The notes under the pieces: model-generated
Database searches by the model: none
Told to the model about the DNA's origin: nothing
Seen by the model: only the letters and a program-made list of their open reading frames with translations
Position numbers and translations under genes: made by a program
Assembly: GCA_035691065.1 (NCBI GenBank)
Contig: DASSJT010000063.1
Location: 19,489 to 83,488 of the forward strand
Length of the DNA stretch: 64,000 nucleotides
Reading direction: 5' to 3'
DNA from: Dermatophilaceae bacterium
Lineage (GTDB): Bacteria > Actinomycetota > Actinomycetes > Actinomycetales > Dermatophilaceae
Part shown: one piece after another, positions 38,370 through 47,266 of the stretch
Layout of the letters: the number at the start of each line of letters is the position of its first letter
Position numbering within the stretch: position 1 is the first letter of the stretch

Positions 38370-39146
38370 TCAGGCAGCCGGAGCGGGAGTGGCAGCCCCC
38401 TTCTTGGGCAACAGGTTTCGGACCCGTGCAGGGATCATCGCGCGGAGGTCCTTGCCCTTGGCCAGCCAGGAGAGTCCGAACGCCCAGACGGAGACGACCT
38501 CGCCGAGGTAGAGCGGGGTGAGCGTGAACAGGTTGAGCCGGAAGAACCCACCCACCGCGACCCAGGCGATCGCGCCGAGGATGGCCCAGCCACACGCGCG
38601 GTGGAAGCGCATGCGCTTGACGTGCCCCTTGGTGGCCTCCTCGTGGGCGAAGAGGAAGCAGATCACGGCCAGCATCAGGATGAAGATTGCTGCAGAGGTG
38701 AAATGGACTCTCGCCGTGGCGAGTTCGCCGAACTTGCCCTCGGTCGGCGAGCAGGTGCCGGTCGGGAACTGCGCGCCCGGGTCGCCGCAGCGGGGAGCGC
38801 CCTGGGGCACGTCGGGCCGCTCCGTCGGGAAGAAGACCACGAGCAGCACCGCGATGCCCGCGACCAGGCTGAGCCAGAACTCGCGGCGGCGCGGCGGCGC
38901 GGCACGGTAGGTGATCAGCAGGAAGCCGACGACGCACAGGCTGCCGACGAAGAAGTCGCGCATGACCGTGTGGTAGTAGGAGCTCAGCGAGCCGCGCACC
39001 TGGATCGTGCCGGGGAGGAAGAAGTAGTCGCCCAGCACCAGGACCACCGGCAGCAGGAAGCCGATGGCGCCGACGACGGTGCGGATGAGGAGGTAGGAGT
39101 CGCGGTACTGCGGCGTGTCGTCGTCCTCGTTGTCAGGCGCCGCCAT
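38370..39146 (-). CDS. hypothetical integral membrane protein
   Basis: 258 aa from the ATG at 39146 (MAAPDNEDDD...) with 6-7 TM segments. An alternative GTG at 39305 overlaps the rhodanese stop (GTGA) and would add a DAHTGP-repeat leader. Confidence 0.6.
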   Translation of the reverse strand: MAAPDNEDDDTPQYRDSYLLIRTVVGAIGFLLPVVLVLGDYFFLPGTIQVRGSLSSYYHTVMRDFFVGSLCVVGFLLITYRAAPPRRREFWLSLVAGIAVLLVVFFPTERPDVPQGAPRCGDPGAQFPTGTCSPTEGKFGELATARVHFTSAAIFILMLAVICFLFAHEEATKGHVKRMRFHRACGWAILGAIAWVAVGGFFRLNLFTLTPLYLGEVVSVWAFGLSWLAKGKDLRAMIPARVRNLLPKKGAATPAPAA

Positions 39147-39301
39147 GACGCGGAGGCGGGCAGCCGCCCGTTGCGTGAGAGGCAACCCGTCGGAGCCGGA
39201 GTGCGCATCGGGTCCGGTGTGGGCGTCGGGTCCGGTGTGGGCGTCGGGCTCGGGGCGCCCTTCGGGGTTGGTGCCATCGTGGGTGTCGTGCCGCTGGTCG
39301 G

Positions 39302-39868
39302 TCACGGTGCCGGCTCCTCTGCGCGGTCGAGGTGAACGGTTGATCCTGCCTGGAGCGCCAGCCAGGCCTGGTAGCTGCCCTCGAGGTCGGTGGCGCGGGT
39401 GAGGTCGAGCTGCCTGAGCGTAGCCGCGGCGAGGCTGGAGGCGTATCCCTCGTTGCAGACGACGATGATCCGCCGCTCGCGCCCCCCGAGGCCGGGAATC
39501 CGGTGGGGGCTTGTCGGATCGAGCCGCCACTCCAGGACGTTGCGGTCGATGACCAGCGCTCCCGGCAGCTTCCCGTCTCGCGCGCGCTGTGCGGCCGGGC
39601 GGGTGTCGACGACCAGCGCTCCTGCGTCCATCTCGGCGAGGAGGTCGGCGGGCGCCACCCGGTCCAGGCCGAGGCGCGCCTGCGCCAGGAGGGCATCGAC
39701 GGCAGATATCCAGGCGGTGCCTCCCGGCTGCGGCGGCGACAGCTGCGCGGGCATCTGCGGCGACAGCTGCGCGGGCATCTGCGGCGGCACCCGCGCCGGC
39801 TTCTGCGCCGGCACCCGGGTCTGCGCCGGCTTCTGCGCCGAAACCCGCGTCCGCGCCTGCTCGCCCAC
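39302..39868 (-). CDS. rhodanese-like domain-containing protein
   Basis: C-terminal ~120 aa: LVVDTRPAAQRARDGKLPGALVIDRNVLEWRLDP...RRIIVVCNEGYASSLAAATL, with the active-site Cys in CNEGYAS. The N-terminus is a PAQ-rich repeat, so the start is uncertain. Confidence 0.7.
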   Translation of the reverse strand: MGEQARTRVSAQKPAQTRVPAQKPARVPPQMPAQLSPQMPAQLSPPQPGGTAWISAVDALLAQARLGLDRVAPADLLAEMDAGALVVDTRPAAQRARDGKLPGALVIDRNVLEWRLDPTSPHRIPGLGGRERRIIVVCNEGYASSLAAATLRQLDLTRATDLEGSYQAWLALQAGSTVHLDRAEEPAP

Positions 39869-40103
39869 GAGACGAGTGTGCCGCCCACCGTGCGCGCCTG
39901 TCTCGCGGTTCGCCCAGCGGGCCAGGAGAGGTCCGCACTCGGCCCCTCAGGCCGAACCGCGGCCCCGGCCGCCTATCTTCTCAACGGCAAGACCTAGCCC
40001 GGTCCAGACCGGTGCACGTCGCGCAGCTGCACGCCAAGGGACCGCCAAGGGACCGGGGCCTTCGTCACTACCCACCGCCCACGGCGACCGCCACCGTGGA
40101 GTC

Positions 40104-40694
40104 ATGACCGAGCTTCACGTTGACACCCCGGTGGCCACAGGCGGACCGCTACCCAAGACGATCGCGGCCCGAGGAGTGACGCGCTGCATCGTCAGATCGG
40201 CAGTGCTTCTCGCCCGGCGCAGGGTCCAGCTGCCGCGCGGGAACGTGGGGCGCCGCCTGCGCTTCGCGGACGGCTCGGTTGCCCGGGTCTACCGCGAGAC
40301 GCGGCTGCGCGAGGCTGCCCCCGCACGTCCCTGTGTCCTCGTGGTCGGCTTCCGCCTGCGGTGGGTCCGCGGCCGTGGGCATGCGGCGTTCCGGGTCGAG
40401 AGCCTGCTCAACACGCCCCTGTTCGTCGGCTTCCCTGGCTTCGTCTCCAAACTGTGGCTGGCCCACGACGGCGCCGACCGCTACCGCGGCCTCTACGAGT
40501 GGGACGGGGCCAGAGCGGCACGGAGGTATGCCGGGTGCCTGTGGTGGGTGCTGGCCCTGGTCAGCGAGCGTGCGTCCATCGACTACCGCGTGGTCGAGGG
40601 CGTCCGCCGCGACGACGTCCTCGCCGACCCACGGCTGCTCGACGGCGTCGAGCCGGGGGAGGACCGGGCGTGGTGGCGTCTGACGGCGGCCTGA
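40104..40694 (+). CDS. hypothetical protein
   Basis: 196 aa from the ATG at 40104. The 3' end overlaps the start of the FAD monooxygenase by about 25 nt. No family recognised. Confidence 0.45.
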   Translation: MTELHVDTPVATGGPLPKTIAARGVTRCIVRSAVLLARRRVQLPRGNVGRRLRFADGSVARVYRETRLREAAPARPCVLVVGFRLRWVRGRGHAAFRVESLLNTPLFVGFPGFVSKLWLAHDGADRYRGLYEWDGARAARRYAGCLWWVLALVSERASIDYRVVEGVRRDDVLADPRLLDGVEPGEDRAWWRLTAA

Positions 40695-42562
40695 CCGACG
40701 TGCTGGTGGTCGGCGCCGGGCCGACGGGGCTGGCCACCGCGTTGCAGGTCTGCGCCCACGGCGGCGGCGTTCGCATCGTCGAGCGTCGGCACCAGGCCCC
40801 CCGACCCTCCCGCGCGATGATCCTGCATCCGCGGACGCTCGAGGTGCTCCGGCCGCTCGGGGTGACCGATGCCCTGTTGGAGCGCGCCGACACCCGCCCC
40901 CGGGCCCAGCTCCATGTGGGCCACAGGGTCCTCGACGTTCAGCTCGGCGAGTTCGCCTTGCCCGACTCGGCCTTCCCGCATCTGACGCTGATCCGGCAGA
41001 TGGACGTGGAGGCCGTGCTCGCCGATGCCCTCGAGGCGCGCGGGGTGGTGGTCGAGCGCGGCACCGAGCTCACCGGGCTCAGGGGTATGCCGGCTGGCAT
41101 CGTCCCGCTTTCGCGGAGGCTGCCCGGGGTGGGCGCGGTGGATGGCGCGGGTAACGGGTCGGTTGCCGGCCAGCGCGCGGGTGACGGGTCGGTTGCCGGC
41201 CAGCGCGCGGGTAACGGGTCGATGGCCGGCGGGCGCGCGGGTAACGGGTCGATGCCCGGCCGGCGCCCCGGTGACGGGTCGGTTGCCGGCCAGGCCTCGG
41301 TCATCGGCCCCCCGCCCACCTGGAACGTCGGCGTCGATGCCGTCCTGCGTGCTGAGGGCGGCACCTTTGCGCTCCGGAGCAGGTACATCGTGGGCTGCGA
41401 CGGCCCGGCCAGCAGCACGCGCCGGTTGCTCGGCATCGGGTGGCGTGGAGCGGCATACCACCAGGAAGTGGTCCTGGCAGACGTCGACCTCGAGCCCTGG
41501 GACGATGCCGAGCTGGCGCCGGGTGTCCTCCACGCTGTGGCGGGCCGCGGGGGCCTCGTCTTCCTCTTCGCCCTCGGCGAGGGCGCACCCTGGCGGCTGC
41601 TGGCCACGCGAGCCGCCGGACCCGGGGGCAGTGCGTTCGGCCAGCCGGGTGAGTCGGTTGCGCGGCTCGAGCTTCAGGAGATCCTCGACACGGCCGGGCT
41701 GCCGGCCCGGATTGGGCGGCTGGCCTGGTCGGCGCGGGTGCCGCTGCAGCACCGGATGGCGGACTCCTTCCGGGAGGGCCGGCTGTTCCTGGCGGGCGAT
41801 GCCGCGCACGCCCACTCGCCAGCCGGCGGGCAGGGGATGAACACCGGCATCCAGGACGCCCTGAACCTGGGCTGGAAGCTGGCCTTCGCCGCGCAGGCCG
41901 AGACTCGCTCCACGTCTGCGGTGGCCGACTCGTGGACGGTGGAGCCCAGCGATCGGCTGGGGGCACGGCTGCTCGGCGCCGCCGCGCGGAGCGCCGGATC
42001 TCTGGCCCCGCTGCTTCAGTCCTACGAGGAAGAGCGGCGATGTGTGGCCCGACGCGTTCTGGCCCTGACCCACCTGATCTTCTTCGCCGAGGCCTCGACC
42101 ACCCCGCTCGCCCGCTGGGTTCGCACCGAGCTGGCTCCTGTCCTCGCCCCAGCGCTGCCCGTGGTCCTGCGCCGGCGGCGTCTGGTAGCCGAGGGAGTGC
42201 GCACGTTGTCCCAGCTCCGGACGCGGTACCACGGCAGCCCAATATCAGTGGACCTGGGGGCGGCGGGCGCGCTGGACCTGCGGCCGGGAGGTCGGGTCGG
42301 CGACGAGTGGGTGACCTGCGACGGGAGGAGACAGCGCCTGCAGGAGCTGGTCGGACGTCCCGGTATCCACCTGCTGTCGTGTCGCGACGCCGCACCGCTC
42401 GATCAGCAGGCTCTCGGCCCGCAGGTCACCGTCCATCGGCTGTCGGACCGCGCCGGCGCGGGCGTGGTGGCGGTGCGGCCCGACGGCTATGTGGGCTTCC
42501 GCAGTGCCAAGGCCGACGCGGGCGAGGTCACCACCTGGCTCGAGCTGGTCGCAGCCCGCTGA
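40670..42562 (+). CDS. FAD-dependent monooxygenase (aromatic-ring hydroxylase type) with a 50-aa tandem-repeat insertion
   Basis: GTG at 40670/40673. DVLVVGAGPTGLATA dinucleotide-binding motif, FLAGDAAHAHSPAGGQGMNTGIQDA FAD motif, and a thioredoxin-like C-terminal domain. Five 30-bp repeats lie at 41145-41294. Confidence 0.82.
   Translation: MVASDGGLTDVLVVGAGPTGLATALQVCAHGGGVRIVERRHQAPRPSRAMILHPRTLEVLRPLGVTDALLERADTRPRAQLHVGHRVLDVQLGEFALPDSAFPHLTLIRQMDVEAVLADALEARGVVVERGTELTGLRGMPAGIVPLSRRLPGVGAVDGAGNGSVAGQRAGDGSVAGQRAGNGSMAGGRAGNGSMPGRRPGDGSVAGQASVIGPPPTWNVGVDAVLRAEGGTFALRSRYIVGCDGPASSTRRLLGIGWRGAAYHQEVVLADVDLEPWDDAELAPGVLHAVAGRGGLVFLFALGEGAPWRLLATRAAGPGGSAFGQPGESVARLELQEILDTAGLPARIGRLAWSARVPLQHRMADSFREGRLFLAGDAAHAHSPAGGQGMNTGIQDALNLGWKLAFAAQAETRSTSAVADSWTVEPSDRLGARLLGAAARSAGSLAPLLQSYEEERRCVARRVLALTHLIFFAEASTTPLARWVRTELAPVLAPALPVVLRRRRLVAEGVRTLSQLRTRYHGSPISVDLGAAGALDLRPGGRVGDEWVTCDGRRQRLQELVGRPGIHLLSCRDAAPLDQQALGPQVTVHRLSDRAGAGVVAVRPDGYVGFRSAKADAGEVTTWLELVAAR
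41145..41294. repeat. 30-bp in-frame tandem repeat x5 inside the FAD monooxygenase gene
   Basis: The unit GCGCGGGTAACGGGTCGGTTGCCGGCCAGC encodes (R)AGNGSVAGQ-type decapeptides. Confidence 0.85.
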
Positions 42563-42680
42563 TCCACGCCGGCGAGACCGCCCGTCGGGGTGGGGATCCG
42601 GCTCGACCGCGACTGGCCAGCCGCGGTGACCCGGCCGCCTCAGGCTCTGGCCGGCATACCGGCTGGGGCTGTATTGGGAC

Positions 42681-42702
42681 GGGGTGGTGCACACACCACC
42701 CC
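42681..42702 (+). terminator. hairpin downstream of the monooxygenase gene
   Basis: GGGGTGGTG caca CACCACCCC: a 9-bp stem with a 4-nt loop. Confidence 0.4.
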
Positions 42703-42817
42703 TGGGCTTGGCCGTCTGGGCGATTGACCTCTCCACGGGGTGGGTGGAGCATGGCGGCGAAGCGTGCCCGTCTCCTTGTGAGCAACGGCGCTCGCGCGGG
42801 CACGCGCAGGAGGGGCT

Positions 42818-44761
42818 ATGAGGATCAGGCCCGCCACTGCTGGCGTCGCCGCGCTGGCTCTCGCATCGACCGTGCTCGCGGCCTCGGCCGCCGACGCGAG
42901 GGACCGTCCGTTCTCGACCACCAGGATGACCGTCAGACCGGACCTCGATGCCGCCGAAGCCGGCACCACCCTCGGCGGCAGTGGCCAGTTCAGCGTGTCC
43001 CAGATCGAGCGGTACCGGTGCAATGTCGCGGCCGGGGCCGCCTACGGCTCCCCCGGCGGCGCGATGGACATCTCGTGCAACGACGCGCAGCCGTACCGGC
43101 AGGACTTCGCACCCGACAACGAGCTGGCGATCGTGGCCAACCCCAAGGTGCCGACCGCCTTGCTGGCAGGCTCCAACGACTACTTCTACCGGTTCAACAA
43201 CTCCACCGGGGCCCGCCAGGCGATCGTACCGACCGGGTTCTTCAGCTCCTTCGACGCCGGCGCCAGCTGGGTCGACGGGCAGATCCCGATGAAGAGCGGA
43301 AACGGTGCCGGCGACCCGTCGCCCGCGTTCGACGGCAAGCTCTCAGGAACCACGCCGCAGACCGGCTGGGCGATGATGGCGCAGCTGGAGAACACCGGCG
43401 GGCAGGGCGGTCCCTGGGTCTCGCAGGGCAACGTCTCGGTGAGCTGGTCGCGCGACGGCGGCATCACTTGGGAGGGCCCCACCGTCGTGATGAAGGGCCA
43501 GGGAGCGGGGATCGGGCCGGCCACCAATGCGCTCTTCTTCGACAAGGAGTGGCTGACGGTCGACAACTACCCGGGCTCACCGCACTATGGGCGGGCCTAC
43601 CTGGTGGCCGCTCGCTACCTCAACGACATCCAGGGCGCGTACAACGAGTCCCCGGTCTACTTCGCCTACTCCGACGACGGCGGCCTCACCTGGTCGACGC
43701 CGAAGGAGATCTCCGGGTCGAACCCGCTGTGTCACTTCCAGAACGCGGGCCCGGTAGGAGAGTGCGATGAGGACAGCTTCCCCATCACGGAGGTGGCGCC
43801 GAACGGTGACATCGTCGTGCACTTCGCCACGGGGAATGTCGACGCCGCCTGGGAGACGGCTGGCGAGTACGAGCAGACCCTCATGGCGGTCAAGTCCACC
43901 GACGGCGGGGCGACGTTCAGCAACCCGGTCGTCATAGCCAACCTCGAGGACGGCGCGGCGGACACGCCGTGGAGCGTCATCGGCCGGCAGACGGTGACCG
44001 GCCACCAGATCCGCTGGCAGTCACCGGGCACGATCACCGCCGACCCGACGAACCCGGCCCACTGGGTGGTCGTCTACAACGACAACTTCGCCGGCACCCA
44101 CGATGCGGCGCCCGCGAGCTGCCTCAACGACCTCCCGGGCACCGCGCCGGACTACAACCCGTGCCATGCGGTGACGAACACGAACATCTACATGGCCGAG
44201 AGCTGGACAGGTGGCGCGAGCTGGAACCCGCGCATCGCCCTGGACACCTCCGCAGGTGACCAGTGGTTCCCGTGGGCCGACTTCCGCTCGGACGGCTCAC
44301 TGGCCGTGGCGTACGACTCGAACGAGAACATCGCCGACCCGGGCGGCGGCCGCAACGACACGTTCAACCACGTGCTCCTGACGGTGGCTCCGCGGACCTC
44401 GACGAGCGGCGCGCCGGTCATCAGCGGCCGTGAGGTCCTCGTGCCCAACGGCGCTGGACGGCAGCCGACCGAGCAGGTCGACATCTCGGTGACCCACTGG
44501 GCCGGACAGTACGTGCCGCAGAGCGCCTGGCCGAGTGTCTGCGGGCCGGACGGCTACACCGACCCGCCGGTCACCAACGCCGAGGGCAAGGACTGCAACG
44601 TGTTCGACGGCGACTACACCGGCTTGGCGGTCGGTAACGACGACCACATCAACGTCGTGTGGACCGGCCTGAACCGCTGGGCGACGTCGCCGCAGATCGA
44701 CCCGTACACGGGCGCGCAGCACGACGGGTACGCCCAGGACGCCATGTTCGCCCGGAGGTGA
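42818..44761 (+). CDS. secreted BNR/Asp-box repeat protein (sialidase-like glycosyl hydrolase fold)
   Basis: 647 aa. Signal peptide MRIRPATAGVAALALASTVLAASA. Asp-box motifs SRDGGITW, SDDGGLTW, STDGGATF, TGGASW. Confidence 0.7.
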   Translation: MRIRPATAGVAALALASTVLAASAADARDRPFSTTRMTVRPDLDAAEAGTTLGGSGQFSVSQIERYRCNVAAGAAYGSPGGAMDISCNDAQPYRQDFAPDNELAIVANPKVPTALLAGSNDYFYRFNNSTGARQAIVPTGFFSSFDAGASWVDGQIPMKSGNGAGDPSPAFDGKLSGTTPQTGWAMMAQLENTGGQGGPWVSQGNVSVSWSRDGGITWEGPTVVMKGQGAGIGPATNALFFDKEWLTVDNYPGSPHYGRAYLVAARYLNDIQGAYNESPVYFAYSDDGGLTWSTPKEISGSNPLCHFQNAGPVGECDEDSFPITEVAPNGDIVVHFATGNVDAAWETAGEYEQTLMAVKSTDGGATFSNPVVIANLEDGAADTPWSVIGRQTVTGHQIRWQSPGTITADPTNPAHWVVVYNDNFAGTHDAAPASCLNDLPGTAPDYNPCHAVTNTNIYMAESWTGGASWNPRIALDTSAGDQWFPWADFRSDGSLAVAYDSNENIADPGGGRNDTFNHVLLTVAPRTSTSGAPVISGREVLVPNGAGRQPTEQVDISVTHWAGQYVPQSAWPSVCGPDGYTDPPVTNAEGKDCNVFDGDYTGLAVGNDDHINVVWTGLNRWATSPQIDPYTGAQHDGYAQDAMFARR

Positions 44762-44791
44762 CAGCTAACCGAATTTGCTGCTGATCCAACG

Positions 44792-44832
44792 GCGGACGGC
44801 TCTCCAGGACGCGGTTCTGGAGAGCCGTCCGC
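44792..44832 (+). terminator. strong hairpin after the BNR gene
   Basis: GCGGACGGCTCTCCAG gacgcggtt CTGGAGAGCCGTCCGC: a 16-bp perfect stem 31 nt past the stop. Confidence 0.65.
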
Positions 44833-44912
44833 TGCCGCCTGCAAGGTTTTGCCGGCCGCCGACCGGGTAGCCGAGTTGGTACATGCACGTCATGCAACGA
44901 AGGGAGAACAGC

Positions 44913-45284
44913 ATGACCAACCCCACATGGGACGCCTGGAACTACCGTGAAGGAACCGAACTGTCGAGCGACGCAGCTCGCACGCCCGTGGGCTTCTCGG
45001 TGCACGCCACGGATGGGGACATCGGCAAGGTCGATGCCGCGACCGTGGACGTCGGCAGCAGCTACATCGTGGTGGACACGGGCCCGTGGATCTTCGGCCG
45101 CAAGGTGCTCTTGCCGGCCGGGACGATCGACCGGATCGACTGGGACGACCAGAAGGTCTATGTCGACCGGACGAAGGGCCAGATCAAGGACTCCCCCGAG
45201 CTGGCGGACGTCGACTTCGACGACCCGGCCTACCGGGACAAGCTCGGCAGCTACTACGGCGACACCTACGACCGGCCGCTCTGA
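44913..45284 (+). CDS. PRC-barrel domain-containing protein
   Basis: 123 aa from the ATG at 44913 (AAGGGAG RBS). VHATDGDIGKVDAATVDVGSSYIVVDTGPWIFGRKVLLPAGTI is typical of a PRC barrel. Confidence 0.75.
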   Translation: MTNPTWDAWNYREGTELSSDAARTPVGFSVHATDGDIGKVDAATVDVGSSYIVVDTGPWIFGRKVLLPAGTIDRIDWDDQKVYVDRTKGQIKDSPELADVDFDDPAYRDKLGSYYGDTYDRPL

Positions 45285-45349
45285 GGCGTCCAGGTGACGT
45301 GACCGCCGACTGCGGCTGAGCACGATCGAGCCCGGTGGCGAGGACCCTC

Positions 45350-45450
45350 CTCGTCACCGGGCTCTCGTCGTCACCTGGGCGCTCGTGGTCACCGGGCTCT
45401 CGTCGTCACCGGGCTCTCGTCGTCACCGGACCCACGTCGTCACGTCACCA
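45350..45450. repeat. 17-18 bp tandem repeat, about 6 copies
   Basis: The unit TCGTCGTCACCGGGCTC fills the convergent spacer between the PRC-barrel and glpQ stops. The period is not a multiple of 3. Confidence 0.8.
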
Positions 45451-45463
45451 GGCCCTCGCCAGT

Positions 45464-46315
45464 TCACCCCAGGTGGCCAATGCCCTCCAGGACGTCGGCC
45501 GGCCGGTCGGTGATCACCCCGGCGACATCGAAGGACAGGGCAAGGTCGAGGTCGTTCTGGTTGTTGACCGTCCACGCGTACACCGGGTGGCCGTGGGCCT
45601 GCACCCGCCGCACGAAGTCAGGTCGCCCACGGAGCAGGCGGACCCCCGGGCCGGCGATGGCCACACCCCTGGGCAGCCTTCCACTCGCCCGCCAGGGGGC
45701 CGGCCGCTGGATCAGGAGCACGGTGGGGAGCCTCGGCGCGCGCTGCCGGACTCGCCGCAGCGCCAGCTCGGAGAAGCTCATCACGGTGACGACGGACGTT
45801 TGCTCGGTGCGGGGATCGGCCAGGCCATACCTGCGCAGGAGCCGCACGAGCTGCTTCTCGACCTGGCCGGCGTACCGGGTGGGGTGCTTGGTCTCGATCA
45901 GCAGGCGGACCCGGCGCGGCGCGGCCAGGACCTCCTGGAGGAGCGTCTCGAGGGTGAGGACAGGGGCGGGTTGCCCCGAAGCCGCACGGCCCTCCACACC
46001 TTCCACCAGCTGGTCTTCGCCCGCATGGATAGACCTCTCGTCTTTCCAGGCGGCGAAGTCCAGCTGCCCCAGAGTCGCGAGGTCGAACTCCGACACGGTG
46101 CCGGTCCCGTTGGACGTGCGGTCGATACGGCGGTCGTGCACACAGACGAGATGGCCGTCCCGGGTGAGCCGCACATCGCACTCGAGCGCGTCGGCTCCCT
46201 CGGCGATCGCCTGCCGGTAGGCCTGCAACGTGTGCTCCGGGGCTGAATGGGATGACCCGCGGTGGGCGATGATCGACGGCCTGGGTCCGCTCATAGATCG
46301 ATCCCTACCCCGCAT
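45464..46315 (-). CDS. glpQ: glycerophosphodiester phosphodiesterase
   Basis: Up to 283 aa. IIAHRGSSHSAPEHTLQAY...ALECDVRLTRDGHLVCVHD GDPD motifs. The start may be the internal ATG at 46294. Confidence 0.85.
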   Translation of the reverse strand: MRGRDRSMSGPRPSIIAHRGSSHSAPEHTLQAYRQAIAEGADALECDVRLTRDGHLVCVHDRRIDRTSNGTGTVSEFDLATLGQLDFAAWKDERSIHAGEDQLVEGVEGRAASGQPAPVLTLETLLQEVLAAPRRVRLLIETKHPTRYAGQVEKQLVRLLRRYGLADPRTEQTSVVTVMSFSELALRRVRQRAPRLPTVLLIQRPAPWRASGRLPRGVAIAGPGVRLLRGRPDFVRRVQAHGHPVYAWTVNNQNDLDLALSFDVAGVITDRPADVLEGIGHLG

Positions 46316-46546
46316 GGCCCGGGCGCAACCTGGGAGTCATTGTTTGAGCTCGGCGCGGCATGTCAATCCCCAGTGACGTATGCCCGGCCGTCCACCGAGC
46401 CGCCTGACAATCGGGTCGGGGTCAACCAAGTCCTCGCCGTGAAGCCGGAGCCCGGCGGGGTCAGCGGGGTCAGCGGCATCCCACGGACACGCCAAGAACT
46501 GCGCGAGCGTCCCTCCGCGCCGGCTGAGTGACGATCCGAGGGAGTC

Positions 46547-46681
46547 TCAGCGCTTCTTGCCGTGCGGGAAGACGTCGGTGACGTTGTGCGCCTCCGTCTT
46601 CGCCTGCTTATCGGCCCGTTTCTCTTTGAGCGACTTGCCCGATTTCTTGGACATATGTTGTCGTGGCGACTTGTCAGCCAT
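46547..46681 (-). CDS. small lysine-rich hypothetical protein (44 aa)
   Basis: MADKSPRQHMSKKSGKSLKEKRADKQAKTEAHNVTDVFPHGKKR. GGGGAG upstream of the ATG. Not in the track (under 60 aa). Confidence 0.45.
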   Translation of the reverse strand: MADKSPRQHMSKKSGKSLKEKRADKQAKTEAHNVTDVFPHGKKR

Positions 46682-46786
46682 GGCTGCTCCCCTGGTCGGG
46701 CGCCTGGATGGCTCCGCACTCTCGACAGTACCCCTCTGGAGATGTCGGTGGCCCCTTCCGGCGCATCCGCGCAGAACTGCCGCGGC

Positions 46787-47266
46787 TCAGGGGCTGAGCT
46801 CGGCGCGGGCCCGCGACTCGACCGTGATGGTGACCGAGCCGCCCAAAGCCGAGAGGGCGGGGCCGATGAGCGGCAGGTCGGCCTGCCCGGTCAGCCGGAC
46901 CACCGCGGTCTGTCCGTCCGGAGTTCCCGTTCCCGACACCACCCACCAGCCGATCATGCCGACCGGGAGGGGCCTCGACGCGAGGTACTGCTCCGCGGTG
47001 GTCCGGACCGTGGCGTCGCTCACCGCCACGGCATGGTCCAGCCCCTTCTGGTATGCCGTGGTGTCCAGTGAGTCCGCGGCGTCCAGAGCCGCGCCGTCGG
47101 CGGCGTCGAGCAGTCGCATTCGCGACAGCTGGGCGGAGGTCACGGCGATGCCACCGACGATCAGTGTTGCAGCGATGAGTGTCATCGCCAGGATCAGAAT
47201 CGAGATCTGTCCGCGTTCACCGCCCGGTCGGGGCCGGTGGATGCGCTGGCTGCCGTTGGGAGTCAC
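46787..47266 (-). CDS. TadE/TadG-like pilus assembly protein (pseudopilin-like)
   Basis: 159 aa. Single N-terminal TM GQISILILAMTLIAATLIVGGIAV. Last gene of the tad operon. The ATG overlaps the upstream stop. Confidence 0.65.
   Translation of the reverse strand: MTPNGSQRIHRPRPGGERGQISILILAMTLIAATLIVGGIAVTSAQLSRMRLLDAADGAALDAADSLDTTAYQKGLDHAVAVSDATVRTTAEQYLASRPLPVGMIGWWVVSGTGTPDGQTAVVRLTGQADLPLIGPALSALGGSVTITVESRARAELSP

Noticed and set aside
38370-39938. A single 522-aa protein spanning 38370-39938.
   Set aside because: The upstream 210 aa are Arg/Ala/Pro GC-artefact sequence overlapping the rhodanese gene in another frame. The hydrophobic core starts after the ATG at 39146 (or the GTG at 39305).
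41145-41294. CRISPR-like arrays. Also considered for 57650-57850, 9985-10235, 1875-2005 and 45350-45450.
   Set aside because: The units are contiguous, with no unique spacers between them. They are in-frame within CDSs or too short (17-26 bp), and no cas genes are present.
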